Part shown: piece after piece, positions 1 through 7,393 of the stretch
How positions within the stretch are numbered: position 1 is the stretch's first letter
How the letters are laid out: every line of letters starts with the position of its first letter
Assembly: GCA_046759445.1 (NCBI GenBank)
Contig: JBHICG010000087.1
Coordinates: 1 to 12,608, forward strand
Reading direction: 5' to 3'
DNA from: Candidatus Scalinduaceae bacterium
GTDB taxonomy: Bacteria > Planctomycetota > Brocadiia > Brocadiales > Scalinduaceae
Length of the DNA: 12,608 nt
The notes under the pieces: model-generated
What the model saw: the letters and a program-made list of their open reading frames with translations, nothing else
Database searches by the model: none
Told to the model about the DNA's origin: nothing
Translations under genes and position numbers: made by a program

Positions 1-1
1 T

Positions 2-937
2 GATGGTGCAGAATTACAATCCCCTGCTGACCCGAGTTCAAATTACATTGCACGGTCTGAATGGTATTTTCTCTTTCTCTTTCAATTATTAAAATATTTT
101 GAGGGTGATCTGGAGGTTGTAGGAGCCATTATTATTCCTTCCATTGTCGCATCCTTAATAATTGCCCTTCCCTTTATTGACAGGTCAAGAAGCCGTTCTC
201 CATTAAAAAGACTGCCAGTCATGGGATGTTTTGGTGCTGGTCTTGCGAGTGTCGTTTTTCTGACTGCAATGTCTGTGATAAGTGATTCCGGAGATGAAAG
301 AATTATAAAGCAAAGGGAGGAATCCGAAAAAATGGCCCATATCGCTGTAGAACTGGCAGAGCATGGTATACCTCCTCAGGGAGGAATATCTGTGTTTCAG
401 AATGATCCGCTGTATTCGGGAGAACAATTGTTTCGCCAGCACTGTATTGTCTGCCATAGTTTCGAAGGTGCGGAAGGTAATTCCGCCCCGGACTTAACAA
501 TGTACAATTCTAAATCATGGCTTATGGGCTTTTTTCAGAATCCCAACTCACCTAAATATTACGGAAATACAAAATTAGACTTCATGCCTGAATACAAACT
601 GGAGGAAGATGATTTGTTATACTTGGTAGATTTTCTTCTGGCACAAGCAGAATCGGATAAAGGGATTGATCCTGCATTGAAGAAAACTGGAGAAATAATT
701 TTACAAGAAAATGGATGCAATACTTGTCACGCCTATGATGGAACTGGAGGGGGATTAGCTCCAAGGCTAGGTGCCTTTGCATCTGATAAATGGCTCATGG
801 GTATCATTGAGGATACTGGCCAAAAGGAATTCTTTGGCCAATTTAGTGATATGCCTGCGTACAAAGACAAGCTTTCAAAACAAGAGATAGATAATTTAGT
901 CCACTTTCTCCAAAGTTTACGAAAAAAATCCCATTAA
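2..937 (+). CDS. Cytochrome b C-terminal (subunit IV-like) region fused to a diheme cytochrome c; Rieske/cytochrome b (bc) complex subunit, 5'-truncated by the window edge
   Basis: The frame of the listed 221..937 ORF is open back to position 2: DGAELQSPADPSSNYIARSEWYFLFLFQLLKYFEG...IIIPSIVASLIIALPFIDRS...PLKR. This is the typical PADP...(P)EWYFLFL.QLLK...LPFID segment of cytochrome b. It is followed by a TM helix and two class I cytochrome c domains (CIVCH...MPEY; CNTCH...MPAY). Confidence 0.9.
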   Translation, partial: DGAELQSPADPSSNYIARSEWYFLFLFQLLKYFEGDLEVVGAIIIPSIVASLIIALPFIDRSRSRSPLKRLPVMGCFGAGLASVVFLTAMSVISDSGDERIIKQREESEKMAHIAVELAEHGIPPQGGISVFQNDPLYSGEQLFRQHCIVCHSFEGAEGNSAPDLTMYNSKSWLMGFFQNPNSPKYYGNTKLDFMPEYKLEEDDLLYLVDFLLAQAESDKGIDPALKKTGEIILQENGCNTCHAYDGTGGGLAPRLGAFASDKWLMGIIEDTGQKEFFGQFSDMPAYKDKLSKQEIDNLVHFLQSLRKKSH

Positions 938-939
938 AA

Positions 940-1122
940 CGTACGAATACTAGAGACAGCGTAGACACGGAAAAGATTAAGTTTGAAATTGATGATAATG
1001 GGAAGAAATTGCATTTTATTGAAAGGGCAAAAGGTATCCACAATATGCAATATTCTTTACAGCTAATTAATGACACAAAAAAGAGATTAATGGATTTGCG
1101 CAATGTGGCACTAGAAAGATAA
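940..1122 (+). pseudogene. Start-less remnant resembling the C-terminal helix region of a multiheme cytochrome c
   Basis: Frame 1 reads RTNTRDSVDTEKIKFEIDDNGKKLHFIERAKGIHNMQYSLQLINDTKKRLMDLRNVALER*. The segment LHFIERAKGIHNMQYSLQLI resembles the 'FV...GxHNxxYAxxLL' C-terminal motif of multiheme cytochromes c. There is no start codon before the motif and no CxxCH. Confidence 0.5.
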
Positions 1123-1291
1123 CAGTGGTTTAAATTTGACAGTAACATAAGACATTTTGGATATTATTGTTATGTAAAACTTTAAATAATAGTTTTTCTT
1201 GATGAAAGATTCCAACCACTTACTACAAAGCCGTAAAGGAAGTGCTTAATCTGGAAGATTTCATAAGGCATTTGGTTGTTATTGCTTATGT

Positions 1292-1313
1292 AATAAGTTT
1301 TTAAAAACTTATT
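1292..1313. promoter_or_regulatory. 22-bp perfect palindrome AATAAGTTTTTAAAAACTTATT, candidate regulator site upstream of the hzo promoter
   Basis: Exact inverted repeat read from the sequence. Its AAGTTTTT half-site recurs as a direct repeat at 1432-1449. Confidence 0.4.
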
Positions 1314-1450
1314 TTTGGTATCAGGCTTGCTATATTGATTTTTATAGTCTTTTAAGCATAAGATAATGAAATATCATTGGAAAGCGGATGTAAATAGTTA
1401 TAATAACTGCAAATTTATTTAAAAAATTCCAAAGTTTTTGCAAGTTTTTG

Positions 1451-1478
1451 TTGACATATAAGGAAAAAATTATATAAT
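1451..1478 (+). promoter_or_regulatory. Consensus sigma70 promoter of hzo
   Basis: TTGACA (1451-1456), 16-nt spacer, TATAAT (1473-1478). Both hexamers match consensus exactly, about 150 nt upstream of the hzo ATG. RBS AAGGAG at 1614-1619. Confidence 0.85.
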
Positions 1479-1626
1479 CCATGTCTTTCGGAAGCAAAGG
1501 CTTGAAAAGAGGTATTTAAGATTAAGATTGAAAGGGGGTGTAAGTATATATTTCTAAAGCAAAAGAGAGATTTATATAATTCACAATTATGTTTTGTTAT
1601 TTTATAAATAGGAAAGGAGAAATTGT

Positions 1627-3324
1627 ATGCTAAAAAGAGGTAATTCGTTGATTGTAGCGTTGCTAGTTTTTTTAGCTGCGTTCTGTATCTGTAATAATTT
1701 TTCAAACAAGGAAGTTTCTGCAGTAGAAATTATTACTCACTGGGTACCTCATGAGGTCTATGGTATGCCGGGAGAGCCTGATAATTCTGGTAAGGTTTTC
1801 TTCTCAGGGTTGTATGCTAAATACATGGGATATCCGAAAGGGGCCCCTCCATATCCAGGCAAATATTCAAGATTTTGGAGAACCCTTCCTGCATATCGTT
1901 ATTACATTCCTGACTATATGTACAACAGGGATGAGGTAAGGCCTTCAAACCCAATTAAGGGTCAATTCAGACTTAAAGAATGTTTGGGCTGCCATTCTGT
2001 AGTCACACCTGGTATCGTAAGAGATTATGAGAAGAGTGCACACGCAAAGGCAGAGCCAAGTCCAACCGGTTGTGATACATGTCATGGAAATAACCATCAA
2101 AAGCTCTTAATGCCAAGCTCTAAAGCATGCGGTGTTAGTGATTGCCACGAAGACCAATACTCACAGCAAGGTCAGGGTGGTATAGGTTCACATGCTTCAT
2201 GTTCCAGCTTTGCTCAGGTTGAGTGTGCATGGTCAATTGAAAGACCACCAGGAGATACTGCTGGTTGTACTTTCTGTCACACAAGCGCTGAAGAACGTTG
2301 CAGTACATGTCACCAGAGACATCAATTCAATCCAGCGGTGGCAAGGCATTCTGAACAGTGTAAGGCATGTCACTGGGGTAAAGACCACAGGGACTGGGAA
2401 GCTTACGACATCTCTATACATGGCGTGGTTTACCAGGTGAACAAGTGGAATCCAGTTGAATTCGACTTTAGTAAAAAACTTGAAGATGCTGATTATGTTG
2501 GACCAACTTGTGCTTATTGCCACATGAGAGGTGGCCATCACAACGTTCAAAGATTTTCAACTGTTTATACAAGTATGGGTATGTCTAATGCAGATAGAGG
2601 AGCACCTTTGTGGAGTGAGAAGAGAGATACCTGGGTATCAGTATGTGATGATTGCCATTCGCCAAGGTTTGCAAGAGAGAATTTACAGGCAATGGATGAA
2701 GCTTGTAAAGATGCAGGCATAAAGTATACTGAGACGTTCAAGATTGCTGAGAATCTGATGCTTGATGGAATGGGCGAGCCAATGCCTAAAGACCTGGCGC
2801 CAGACTGGAGTGGACAACACATATGGAGTTTGAAGATAGGCGCTTATCATGATGGACCTGAATATGGTGGTCAAGCAGGTGAGTCCGGTGAGTTCAGGAT
2901 GTCAAACTGTTCAGACATTGAGAGAGTATGTTTTGAGAGCGTAGGATACTGGCAGACATATATATTCAAGGGAATGGCTCATGGTTCATGGAACGATGCA
3001 ACGTATTGTGACGGTTCGTTTGGTATGGATCGATGGCTCGTAAAGGCAAAGGCAGCTTCTGAGCAGGCAAGAAGATTTGCTGCTCTGGAGAAGAAGGCTG
3101 GTATCAATTGGGTTCCAGCAGAATTCTGGAGACACGGTGATTGGTTAGACCAGTTATCAGGATGGAAGATTGTGAAGGAATTTCCTGGTAAGACCATCTT
3201 TGACCTGTGTCCTGAGCCAGGTTGGTTAGACACACATCATGCACCGGCAGAGGAAGTAGAATACATCAATAGAAAACTGAAACAGCTAGGAATAAAGGCT
3301 GGTAAACATGGTGTGCATCATTAA
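1627..3324 (+). CDS. hzo: Hydrazine dehydrogenase (hydrazine-oxidizing enzyme, HZO/HDH), octaheme HAO family
   Basis: Signal peptide, then the mature N-terminus VEIITHWVPHEVYGMPGEPDNSGKVFFSGL characteristic of anammox HZO. Eight heme motifs: CLGCH, CDTCH, the atypical CX4CH (CGVSDCH), CTFCH, CSTCH, CKACH, CAYCH, CDDCH. Also GKDH, C200 (AQVEC) and Y460 (NDATY), which correspond to the extra heme-4 Cys and the crosslinking Tyr of Kuenenia HDH. Confidence 0.97.
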   Translation: MLKRGNSLIVALLVFLAAFCICNNFSNKEVSAVEIITHWVPHEVYGMPGEPDNSGKVFFSGLYAKYMGYPKGAPPYPGKYSRFWRTLPAYRYYIPDYMYNRDEVRPSNPIKGQFRLKECLGCHSVVTPGIVRDYEKSAHAKAEPSPTGCDTCHGNNHQKLLMPSSKACGVSDCHEDQYSQQGQGGIGSHASCSSFAQVECAWSIERPPGDTAGCTFCHTSAEERCSTCHQRHQFNPAVARHSEQCKACHWGKDHRDWEAYDISIHGVVYQVNKWNPVEFDFSKKLEDADYVGPTCAYCHMRGGHHNVQRFSTVYTSMGMSNADRGAPLWSEKRDTWVSVCDDCHSPRFARENLQAMDEACKDAGIKYTETFKIAENLMLDGMGEPMPKDLAPDWSGQHIWSLKIGAYHDGPEYGGQAGESGEFRMSNCSDIERVCFESVGYWQTYIFKGMAHGSWNDATYCDGSFGMDRWLVKAKAASEQARRFAALEKKAGINWVPAEFWRHGDWLDQLSGWKIVKEFPGKTIFDLCPEPGWLDTHHAPAEEVEYINRKLKQLGIKAGKHGVHH

Positions 3325-3351
3325 TTTGATGTATTTTGAAATTTAAATTGT

Positions 3352-3393
3352 TAGTAAGGGAGTTGGGGCAAATTCCGGCTCCCTTGCTATTTC
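3352..3393 (+). terminator. First hairpin after hzo (15-bp stem with G-U pairs)
   Basis: TAGTAAGGGAGTTGG (3352-3366) pairs with CCGGCTCCCTTGCTA (3375-3389) with three G-U pairs, followed by TTTC. Confidence 0.6.
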
Positions 3394-3403
3394 ATAGTGT
3401 GGT

Positions 3404-3434
3404 AAAAAAACCCGCCAAGAAGGTGGGTTTTTTT
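3404..3434 (+). terminator. Intrinsic (possibly bidirectional) terminator after hzo
   Basis: A7-CCCGCC-AAGAA-GGTGGG-T7. Confidence 0.85.
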
Positions 3435-3469
3435 ATTGTAATAAATCGCTCAGTTTAGGTAATAATTAA

Positions 3470-4702
3470 ATGTGGATAATTAGTAAAATGTCAACGAAAA
3501 TCTTTAATAAAGTTAAAAAGGCAAATGTTTTAATAACATTGGTATTGTTATTAATATTTTTGGGTTGTGGAAAGGCGGAAAAGCATGCAGAACTTGGCAA
3601 GATTCTGTTAGAGCAGGGTAAATTAGAGGAAGCATTAGGGGAATTTAAAAAGGCAATAGAAAATGACCCTAATCTAGCAGAGGCACACTTTGGCATGGGA
3701 AACGTTTATGTTAAAAAGCAGATGCTTGAAGAGGCCATTCCATATTATAGAAAGGCCATAGAATTGAATCCTGAATATTCTGAGGCATATAAAAACCTGT
3801 CAGATACCTTTATTGAAATCGGCCCGCCTGATACTGAGTTTGAAAAAAGGATGAAGGCCGTTGAAAAGGATCCAGAAAATACTATGGCACGCATAGATAT
3901 GGGTGTATTTTATCACCGTTGGGATAATACCAGAGAAGCAATAAAGGAATATGAAGAGGCGCTAAAGTTAGACCCTGATAATCCCTTTATTTATTATAAC
4001 CTTGGGGTTGCATATCAGGATATGGGTCTTTACGAAGAAAAAGCGGCACCCCTTTACCTAAAATCCATAGAATTGAACCCTGATTATGATAATGCCCATT
4101 ATAACCTGGCGGTTTCATATCTTAAGTCCAACAACCTTGAAAAAGCAATGGGAGAGTATAAAAAAACATTGGAGATAAATCCTGATTACGCTGATGTTTA
4201 CGTAGATTATGGGATGATTAAGATTAGGGAAAAGAAATTCGAAGAAGCGATGGAATTCTATGATAAAGCATTGGAAATAGACCCAAATTCCATAGAGGCT
4301 CATTATCAAAAGGGTATTATATATGCTTTTCAAGAAAAATACGATGAGGCATTAGCCGAAAACAGAAAGGCGTTGGAATTAGACCCAAACCATACTAATT
4401 CTCAATTTAATATTGCCGTAATCTTTCACAAGCAGGGAAATTTAGACAGAGCGTTAGTTGAATATAATATGACGTTAGAGATAGACCGTATTTATCAGGA
4501 TGCTTATTACAATAGGGGTCAGATATATGCGGCAAAGGGCAACACTCCTCAAGCATATAATGATTATATTACTTACAGTAAGATAGTAAAGGCAAAAACA
4601 GGTAAGGAAGCTGCTGCACTTGCATTGCGTGGTATTGATAAAGAAAAAATTCAGGGTTATATGATTCCAAGTTTCAGGGACTGGCTTTTAGAAACTGAGT
4701 GA
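3470..4702 (+). CDS. Tetratricopeptide-repeat lipoprotein (paralog 1); start may be ATG 3488
   Basis: About ten TPR units (e.g. ALELDPNHTNSQFNIAVIF, AIELNPEYSEAYKNL). Hydrophobic N-terminus ends in the lipobox-like FLG|C (Cys codon 3566). Confidence 0.9.
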   Translation: MWIISKMSTKIFNKVKKANVLITLVLLLIFLGCGKAEKHAELGKILLEQGKLEEALGEFKKAIENDPNLAEAHFGMGNVYVKKQMLEEAIPYYRKAIELNPEYSEAYKNLSDTFIEIGPPDTEFEKRMKAVEKDPENTMARIDMGVFYHRWDNTREAIKEYEEALKLDPDNPFIYYNLGVAYQDMGLYEEKAAPLYLKSIELNPDYDNAHYNLAVSYLKSNNLEKAMGEYKKTLEINPDYADVYVDYGMIKIREKKFEEAMEFYDKALEIDPNSIEAHYQKGIIYAFQEKYDEALAENRKALELDPNHTNSQFNIAVIFHKQGNLDRALVEYNMTLEIDRIYQDAYYNRGQIYAAKGNTPQAYNDYITYSKIVKAKTGKEAAALALRGIDKEKIQGYMIPSFRDWLLETE

Positions 4703-4839
4703 TTGTCAATTCTATGGTTCCACTCCATTAATCTTCATACCCTTTTGAATACATAGTCAGACAGAAAATTGTTCAGTTTAGTGATTTATATATATGCTTT
4801 TAACATCTTCAGTTAAGATTCAATGAATGTTAATTATGT

Positions 4840-6075
4840 ATGGTAAACGTAATGTTTTTTAATTTTCTGAAAAAATACAGGTTTATTTTTATAATTCTTT
4901 TGTTTGGAATTGCCTTAAGCTGTGATAAACCAGAGAAACATATTGAGCTTGGAGATAAGTTTATCCTGGAAGACAAGCCAGAAAAAGCTATTGAGGAATA
5001 TAAGAGGGCTATTGAACTAGATAAGAATGTGGCTGAGTATTATTATAAACTTGGTGATGCACATCTTAAAAAAGGTATGTTGGAAAAAGCAGCAAGGGAA
5101 TTCAGGAAGGCTATTGAGATACGTCCGGATTATGTTGAAGCAAACAAGAAACTTGCAGAGACATTTGAACAGATTGGAGTATCGGATGATGAAATTACGT
5201 TGTGTGAAAAAGCAATATATAAGGACCCGAAAGATATTGCAGCTCGCTTAAGGCTGGGTGTTTTATTTCTGAGGTTAAAGAAAATGGACCAGGCCTTTGA
5301 ACAATTTAATAAAGTTTTAGAAATTGATCCTTATAATCCTGATGCTCATTTTAATCTTGGTGTTGCGTATCAGGATTTTAATTTAATTGAAAAGGCAATA
5401 CCCTCATACGAAAAAGCAATAGAGCTTAAGCCAGGTTATGAAAGGGCGCATTATAACCTGGGAATTGCATATATTGCAATGGATGAATATGATAAGGCGC
5501 TATCCGAACTTAAAAGAGCCGAAGAATTAGGACCTGGCAACAAAGATACATACTGTAATTTAGGTCTGGTCTATTATCTTAAAGGCATGAGTGATGATGC
5601 TATCTTAAACATTCAAAAGGCATTAGAAATAGATCCGGTTATGGCAGACGCTCACTATTACCTGGGAGTGGTTTATGCCAGCAAAAACATGTATAAAGAA
5701 GCAATAGAAGAAAATAAGAAGGTCATAATGACCAATCCTGATTATGCTAATGCCCATTTTAACCTTGGCACAATTTATCACATGCAGGAACTATTCGACG
5801 AAGCCATAGCCGAATATACGAAAACAATTATGATTGACCGTGGTTTTGCAGATGCTTATTTTAACAAGGGAAAGGCGTTAGAGGCAATGGGCAAGGAAGC
5901 AGAGGCTCGGGACGAATTTGAGAAATACAGGGTGGTAAGAAAAACAGCCAGGGGATCAACAAGTCTTTTAGAGTTTGACGCAAAACTAATGGGGACTATT
6001 AAAAAAGGTGAGAGCGCTATTGAAGAGTTGAAGAAAGTTCATGAACTCACCGAAAAGGAAAGGGCCACTCAATAA
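4840..6075 (+). CDS. Tetratricopeptide-repeat lipoprotein (paralog 2); start may be ATG 4852
   Basis: About ten TPR units (e.g. VLEIDPYNPDAHFNLGVAY). Lipobox-like ALS|C (Cys codon 4921). Colinear with 3470-4702. Confidence 0.9.
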   Translation: MVNVMFFNFLKKYRFIFIILLFGIALSCDKPEKHIELGDKFILEDKPEKAIEEYKRAIELDKNVAEYYYKLGDAHLKKGMLEKAAREFRKAIEIRPDYVEANKKLAETFEQIGVSDDEITLCEKAIYKDPKDIAARLRLGVLFLRLKKMDQAFEQFNKVLEIDPYNPDAHFNLGVAYQDFNLIEKAIPSYEKAIELKPGYERAHYNLGIAYIAMDEYDKALSELKRAEELGPGNKDTYCNLGLVYYLKGMSDDAILNIQKALEIDPVMADAHYYLGVVYASKNMYKEAIEENKKVIMTNPDYANAHFNLGTIYHMQELFDEAIAEYTKTIMIDRGFADAYFNKGKALEAMGKEAEARDEFEKYRVVRKTARGSTSLLEFDAKLMGTIKKGESAIEELKKVHELTEKERATQ

Positions 6076-6155
6076 GTAGCATAGCTTTACAAATTGATTG
6101 GTGAGAAAAAAATGAAAAAAATTTAAATGGAGTGCAAATTTTTTTGTAAATAGTT

Positions 6156-6212
6156 GTAGGGTGTGTTTCTTACGCGACATTATAATTATGTCGGGTAAGA
6201 AACCCGACCTAC
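6156..6212. repeat. GTAG-type REP inverted doublet (REPIN-like) between convergent genes
   Basis: 6156-6180 GTAGGGTGTGTTTCTTACGCGACAT versus the reverse complement of 6188-6212, GTAGGTCGGGTTTCTTACCCGACAT (21/25 identical). The second copy has the internal hairpin GTCGGGT-AAGAA-ACCCGAC. Confidence 0.75.
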
Positions 6213-6238
6213 TTTGAAATTCCGATATATGATATCAT

Positions 6239-7135
6239 TTATCTTGCATCACGCTTTTCTGAAATGGTGGGTAGTTCAACCTCTATGGTTTGATTCGGCT
6301 CCACTGTAACTTTCATGCTGACAGGCTTGTATTTCTCATGCCACGTCTTGAGCGTATACTTTCCAGGAGGAACATTATCTATCATGAATTCCCCTTTTTT
6401 ATTGGTTAATGTAAAATAGGGATTGTCCAGAACAACAATAACCGCAGACATCTCTTGATGCACATTGCACCGAAGTGGTATCTCTCCTGACTTGTTCAGT
6501 CGAACCGTCTTGATAACCTCCGGGTTATATGTGCCCAGGCTAAGTATTCGTTTTGTACCAGGGAGAGGAACAGGTGAATAAACATTATGACGAACAGTGT
6601 CTGTATTGGGAAAATCTACTATTGATCCCTTTAAGACGGGAAGAATATGTGGTATAAACTCCACGTTCCATTGATCCATGATAGGTGGTTCTGAAGGAAT
6701 CCCTTTTTCCTTAGTAAATGCAATATGTTCGGTTAACTTAACGTGTCTTTTTTGTACAGGTTTGTAATTGTTACCATTCATATTCTCAATATAAATTATG
6801 ATATTTGCAGAATGTCTTTCTGATATGCCAGAATATGCATTTGTTACTGTTATTTTCCCTACAATAATACCAGGATTTTCCACGAGTCCCTGAGCTTCTT
6901 TAGCAACCATCATGTTTTTGTAAGTTAATTCCTCACCCATTTTAATAATCCTCGCCTCTTTTTTTGCATAATCATCTGGTGGTGATATAGGTGTTTCCTT
7001 CCCACCAAAATGTTCAGCATTTCTATTAAACTCTTCTGAGCATAAACCAAACTTGGTAATATAAAAAGAAACACTTATTATTAATGTTGTTACTATAATT
7101 CTTAAGACATTCTTTGCAGTTTCAACTTTTACCAT
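6239..7135 (-). CDS. Exported/membrane-anchored cupredoxin-like (MauL-like) protein with C-terminal carboxypeptidase-regulatory-like beta-sandwich
   Basis: MDQWNVEFIPHILPV..GSIVDFPNTDTVRHNVYS and CNVHQEMSAVIVV give type-1 Cu-like ligands (H...C-x2-H-x2-M). These are followed by NPYFTLTNKKGEFMIDNVPPGKYTLKTWHE. The N-terminus has a hydrophobic helix. ATG 7135 is preferred over GTG 7159 because the SD GAGGTG lies 7 nt upstream. Confidence 0.8.
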   Translation of the reverse strand: MVKVETAKNVLRIIVTTLIISVSFYITKFGLCSEEFNRNAEHFGGKETPISPPDDYAKKEARIIKMGEELTYKNMMVAKEAQGLVENPGIIVGKITVTNAYSGISERHSANIIIYIENMNGNNYKPVQKRHVKLTEHIAFTKEKGIPSEPPIMDQWNVEFIPHILPVLKGSIVDFPNTDTVRHNVYSPVPLPGTKRILSLGTYNPEVIKTVRLNKSGEIPLRCNVHQEMSAVIVVLDNPYFTLTNKKGEFMIDNVPPGKYTLKTWHEKYKPVSMKVTVEPNQTIEVELPTISEKRDAR

Positions 7136-7318
7136 AATAATCCACCTCAAAAATTCCACGTTTGAATCTGTATCCCATTAGAAATCAGGTTTGAAATTAT
7201 ATTTGGAATTATTTGGTAATGCAATACTAAAAGTATGGGCTAGTAGCATCAGGAGAAACAAGCAGTAATATGTCTGTGTGCAGTGAGTGTTGTTGATTGT
7301 TCTTTAATTTTGAATCAC

Positions 7319-7346
7319 TTGCAAAATAATTATTAATCTTTATAAT
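7319..7346 (+). promoter_or_regulatory. Sigma70-type promoter of the WD40 gene
   Basis: TTGCAA (7319-7324), 16-nt spacer, TATAAT (7341-7346). SD GAGGGAGGT at 7376-7384. Confidence 0.65.
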
Positions 7347-7393
7347 CTCTGAAAAGATATTATTTTCAGTCCTTTGAGGGAGGTAAAATCTAT

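Noticed and set aside
221..937. ORF-track start at ATG 221 as a standalone diheme cytochrome c
   Set aside because: The frame is open to the window start and encodes cytochrome b motifs upstream, so ATG 221 is internal.
1207..1305. Short open frame KIPTTYYKAVKEVLNLEDFIRHLVVIAYVISF
   Set aside because: No start or RBS, and no family I can recognise; too short to support.
843..1705. Minus-strand ORFs 843-1148 and 1415-1705
   Set aside because: Low-complexity translations of AT-rich DNA that overlap real genes and the hzo promoter. The + strand frame 940-1122 is the more protein-like one.
1751..3233. Short alternative-frame and antisense ORFs inside hzo
   Set aside because: Fully overlap a highly conserved gene and show no recognisable motifs.
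1627..3324. Calling this gene hydroxylamine oxidoreductase/oxidase (hao/hox)
   Set aside because: The VEIITHWVPHEVYG N-terminus and the CX4CH third heme motif identify HZO/HDH.
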